Shown piece by piece: positions 61,757-64,000 of a stretch of 64,000 bases of DNA (the stretch's first letter is position 1; each line of letters opens with the position of its first letter). A program made the translations under genes and the position numbers. Origin of the DNA: Thermoplasmata archaeon (GTDB taxonomy: Archaea > Thermoplasmatota > Thermoplasmata > Methanomassiliicoccales > Methanomethylophilaceae); assembly GCA_015063235.1 (NCBI GenBank), contig SUSW01000033.1, positions 5,773-69,772 of the forward strand. The letters run 5' to 3'. The notes below the pieces were generated by a model. It had not been told where the DNA came from. It did no database searches and worked only from the letters and a program-made list of their open reading frames with translations.

Positions 61757-62281
61757 ATGTCCTCAGACGAAGGAAAAAAAGATCCTATCAAGACAGACGA
61801 CCCTGAAACCGAGACACCCAAATTCACACAGGCCGACCTGGACCGCTGCATCAAAGAGAGGCTCGACAAGGCCGAACGTGTGCATAAGAAGGAGCTCAGC
61901 GAGATGGAGTCAAAGCACAAGACCGAGCTCGAACGCTTGAACATGGATGCGGAATCCCGTGCCAAGGCGGAAGCCGAGGACGAAAGGAACGCATTGATAA
62001 AGCGTGCGGAGGAGGCCGAGAACGCTCTCAGGCTCACAAGGGCGGAGAAGGAGCTTACCAATGCCGGATTGCCTCCTGAACTCGCCTCGATACTGCTCAA
62101 CGGCTCCAAGGACGACAAGGAGCTGGTCAATGCCGTGAAGGCACTGTCCGATGCATCTCAGGAGCGTGGAAACAGGATCTATGCTGACAAGGTCGGAGGA
62201 CGTGGTGTACCTCCTGCCCCTACGTCGACCGATTCCGATCCGCTAAGGAGCGAGATGAGGAAGGCGGCAGGGCTGGAGTGA
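61757..62281 (+). CDS. Capsid scaffolding protein (DUF4355-like)
   Basis: KFTQADLDR.IKERL, coiled coil; upstream of the major capsid gene; GGAGG SD. Confidence 0.8.
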   Translation: MSSDEGKKDPIKTDDPETETPKFTQADLDRCIKERLDKAERVHKKELSEMESKHKTELERLNMDAESRAKAEAEDERNALIKRAEEAENALRLTRAEKELTNAGLPPELASILLNGSKDDKELVNAVKALSDASQERGNRIYADKVGGRGVPPAPTSTDSDPLRSEMRKAAGLE

Positions 62282-62292
62282 GGTGAACGAAC

Positions 62293-63228
62293 ATGGCAAA
62301 CACCATTGGAAAAGTAACAGAGTATCTGAAGGAGATAATCGACGACGTTATCACCAAGGATGCAAAGACCTCTGCTCTGCAGGCCGACCCCGCAATCGTC
62401 AGAGCTCTCGGCAGGGCAGGAACAATCGAGATCGCAACGACCAAAGTATCCTCTCTCGGAGACTACGGAGCCTCCGGATACGCTGCCGGAGACGTGACCG
62501 TCTCCTGGGCCCCCTATGTGCTCACGCACGACAGGTCCATCAAGGTCCTCATCGACAGGAGGGAGGAGAACGAGTCCGCAGGAGTCGCAAACGCATCAAG
62601 GGCCGCAGGGGACCTCGCAAGACAGCACGTCATCCCCGAGGTCGACGCGACACGTATGGCGGCCATCGCACAGGCTCTCAACGCAGCAGGGGCACCTGCC
62701 GGACACCTCGTCACCGAGGCTCTCACCGGAACAGGCAAGCTCAGCAACGAGAACATCCTGACCAAGATCGGTGACGGTCTCGACAAGGTAATCGACGCTA
62801 CAGGAATCGACGAGGGACACACCATCTACATCAACAACTCCATCTACAACATGCTCAGGATGAGCACGGAGTACGACAAGGTCAAGGAGCTCACCGTCGG
62901 AAGCAGGACGCTCAATCTCGCTACCAACGACATCGACGGCAACCAGATCGTCAGGATGCCCTCGGAGAGGATGTTCGGATCGCTCTCCTACAGTGCGACA
63001 TCCGCTACCGCAGGATTCACCGGTACCAAGGCCATCAACTACATCATCAGCACACCCAAGTACGCTCAGGGAGTCATCGCATTCGATGCACCCAAGTTCA
63101 TCCCCAAGGAGAACAACCCTGACTATGATGCTGATCTCTACGCATACAGGATCTTCCACGACTGCTTCGTCCCCAAGGAGAAGCTCGGAGGATTCTACGT
63201 CAGCGTACAGACCGCACTCTCCAGCTGA
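62293..63228 (+). CDS. Major capsid protein
   Basis: LGDY...GY..GDVT..W....L.HDR, VIPEVDA.R, YRIFHD.FV. Confidence 0.85.
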   Translation: MANTIGKVTEYLKEIIDDVITKDAKTSALQADPAIVRALGRAGTIEIATTKVSSLGDYGASGYAAGDVTVSWAPYVLTHDRSIKVLIDRREENESAGVANASRAAGDLARQHVIPEVDATRMAAIAQALNAAGAPAGHLVTEALTGTGKLSNENILTKIGDGLDKVIDATGIDEGHTIYINNSIYNMLRMSTEYDKVKELTVGSRTLNLATNDIDGNQIVRMPSERMFGSLSYSATSATAGFTGTKAINYIISTPKYAQGVIAFDAPKFIPKENNPDYDADLYAYRIFHDCFVPKEKLGGFYVSVQTALSS

Positions 63229-63239
63229 AGGTGGAACTA

Positions 63240-63536
63240 ATGGACCGCTTCGCTCAGCTCCGCAACAGGCCTCAGTACGAGTTCCTGAAGGACGATGTCC
63301 TGGAGACCATGCTGGCGGAGGCCCTGCAGGACTTCCTTCTCTACACCAACAGGAAGGAGGATCCCGGGGAGAGGGCGGATTCGGTCATCATCGATATGGC
63401 CGCGATAAAGCTGAACATGCTCGGTGCGGAAGGCTCTTCCATGGTGAAGGAGGGAGAGGTCACACGTCAGTGGGATTCTCTCCCCGAATCCCTCCGTATG
63501 AAGCTGGATGCATTCAGGAGACCGATGTTCCCATGA
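63240..63536 (+). CDS. Head-tail connector (SPP1 gp15-like)
   Basis: YTNR...NMLGAEG.S...EG...L..FRR. Confidence 0.75.
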   Translation: MDRFAQLRNRPQYEFLKDDVLETMLAEALQDFLLYTNRKEDPGERADSVIIDMAAIKLNMLGAEGSSMVKEGEVTRQWDSLPESLRMKLDAFRRPMFP

Positions 63537-63850
63537 TCCCATTGGCAAGGGACTCTCAGGAGCTGTACCTCTGGAAGTACAGAGCAGAGGAGGCTGAAGG
63601 AGATGTCACAGGGGATTGGACCCTGTGCAAGAAGAAGCTGAGGGTCACGCTCTACCAGCTGTCATCGACCAAGGAACAGCTGATAGAGGGACAGCATGTG
63701 CAGAGGATCTACTCCATACATATCGCGAACGACGGCTCCAGGACATTGGATGTCAGGGACAGGATAGGGACGAAGGATACCATGCTCTATGAGATCTTGG
63801 AACTCCGTCAGGATGCCCTGACGATAAAGGCAACGGGGGTCGCACTGTGA
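63533..63850 (+). CDS. Probable head-closure protein
   Basis: Size, position and ATGA coupling. Confidence 0.55.
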   Translation: MIPLARDSQELYLWKYRAEEAEGDVTGDWTLCKKKLRVTLYQLSSTKEQLIEGQHVQRIYSIHIANDGSRTLDVRDRIGTKDTMLYEILELRQDALTIKATGVAL

Positions 63851-64000
63851 ACTCCGTACCGATAGAAGTAGCGTCCGATGTCATAGAAGCGAAGATGGAC
63901 TCCGTCCTGGACAACATAGAGCGTTACCTCCGCAGATGGGCCGTAGAGGCCCGTGGAGGGGCGAGGATGGATGCCCCACGGCAGACAGGCAGACTGTCAT
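63847..64000 (+). CDS. HK97 gp10-like protein, partial
   Basis: APRQTGRL motif; runs off the window. Confidence 0.6.
   Translation, partial: MNSVPIEVASDVIEAKMDSVLDNIERYLRRWAVEARGGARMDAPRQTGRLS

Larger units (their letters stand above)
44410..64000 (+). mobile_element. Integrated head-tail (Caudoviricetes) provirus, left part; right end outside the window
   Basis: Co-oriented array of small genes, ERF, Lar, terminase, SPP1-like portal, MuF, scaffold, capsid and head-tail genes; att site and integrase not seen. Confidence 0.93.

Overview
Archaeal chromosome segment, most likely a Methanomassiliicoccales (Methanomethylophilus-like) methanogen. The taxonomy is inferred from protein similarity and from the markers psmB, aCPSF1, LonB, tgtA, class I LysRS, Rnp4 and Sec61beta. 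Bases 1-~44,400 are host housekeeping and accessory genes. From ~44,410 to the end lies a head-tail provirus. It has a ~39-gene translationally coupled early/accessory operon, then terS-terL-portal-MuF, an AT-rich Panacea toxin-antitoxin-like insert, scaffold, major capsid and head-completion genes, and it runs off the right edge. Three observations stand out. (1) TAG behaves as a sense codon, probably pyrrolysine, in at least five viral genes and one host gene; read-through restores domains and ATGA gene overlaps. (2) A ~220-nt non-coding region in the capsid module has its own copy of the viral late-promoter motif and can fold into tandem pseudoknots. Their exposed loops are anti-Shine-Dalgarno/anti-AUG sequences complementary to early-gene junctions. 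(3) A 29-bp quasi-palindrome occurs three times in the host part, always between convergent genes. All calls come from reading the sequence by eye; no searches or folding programs were run.
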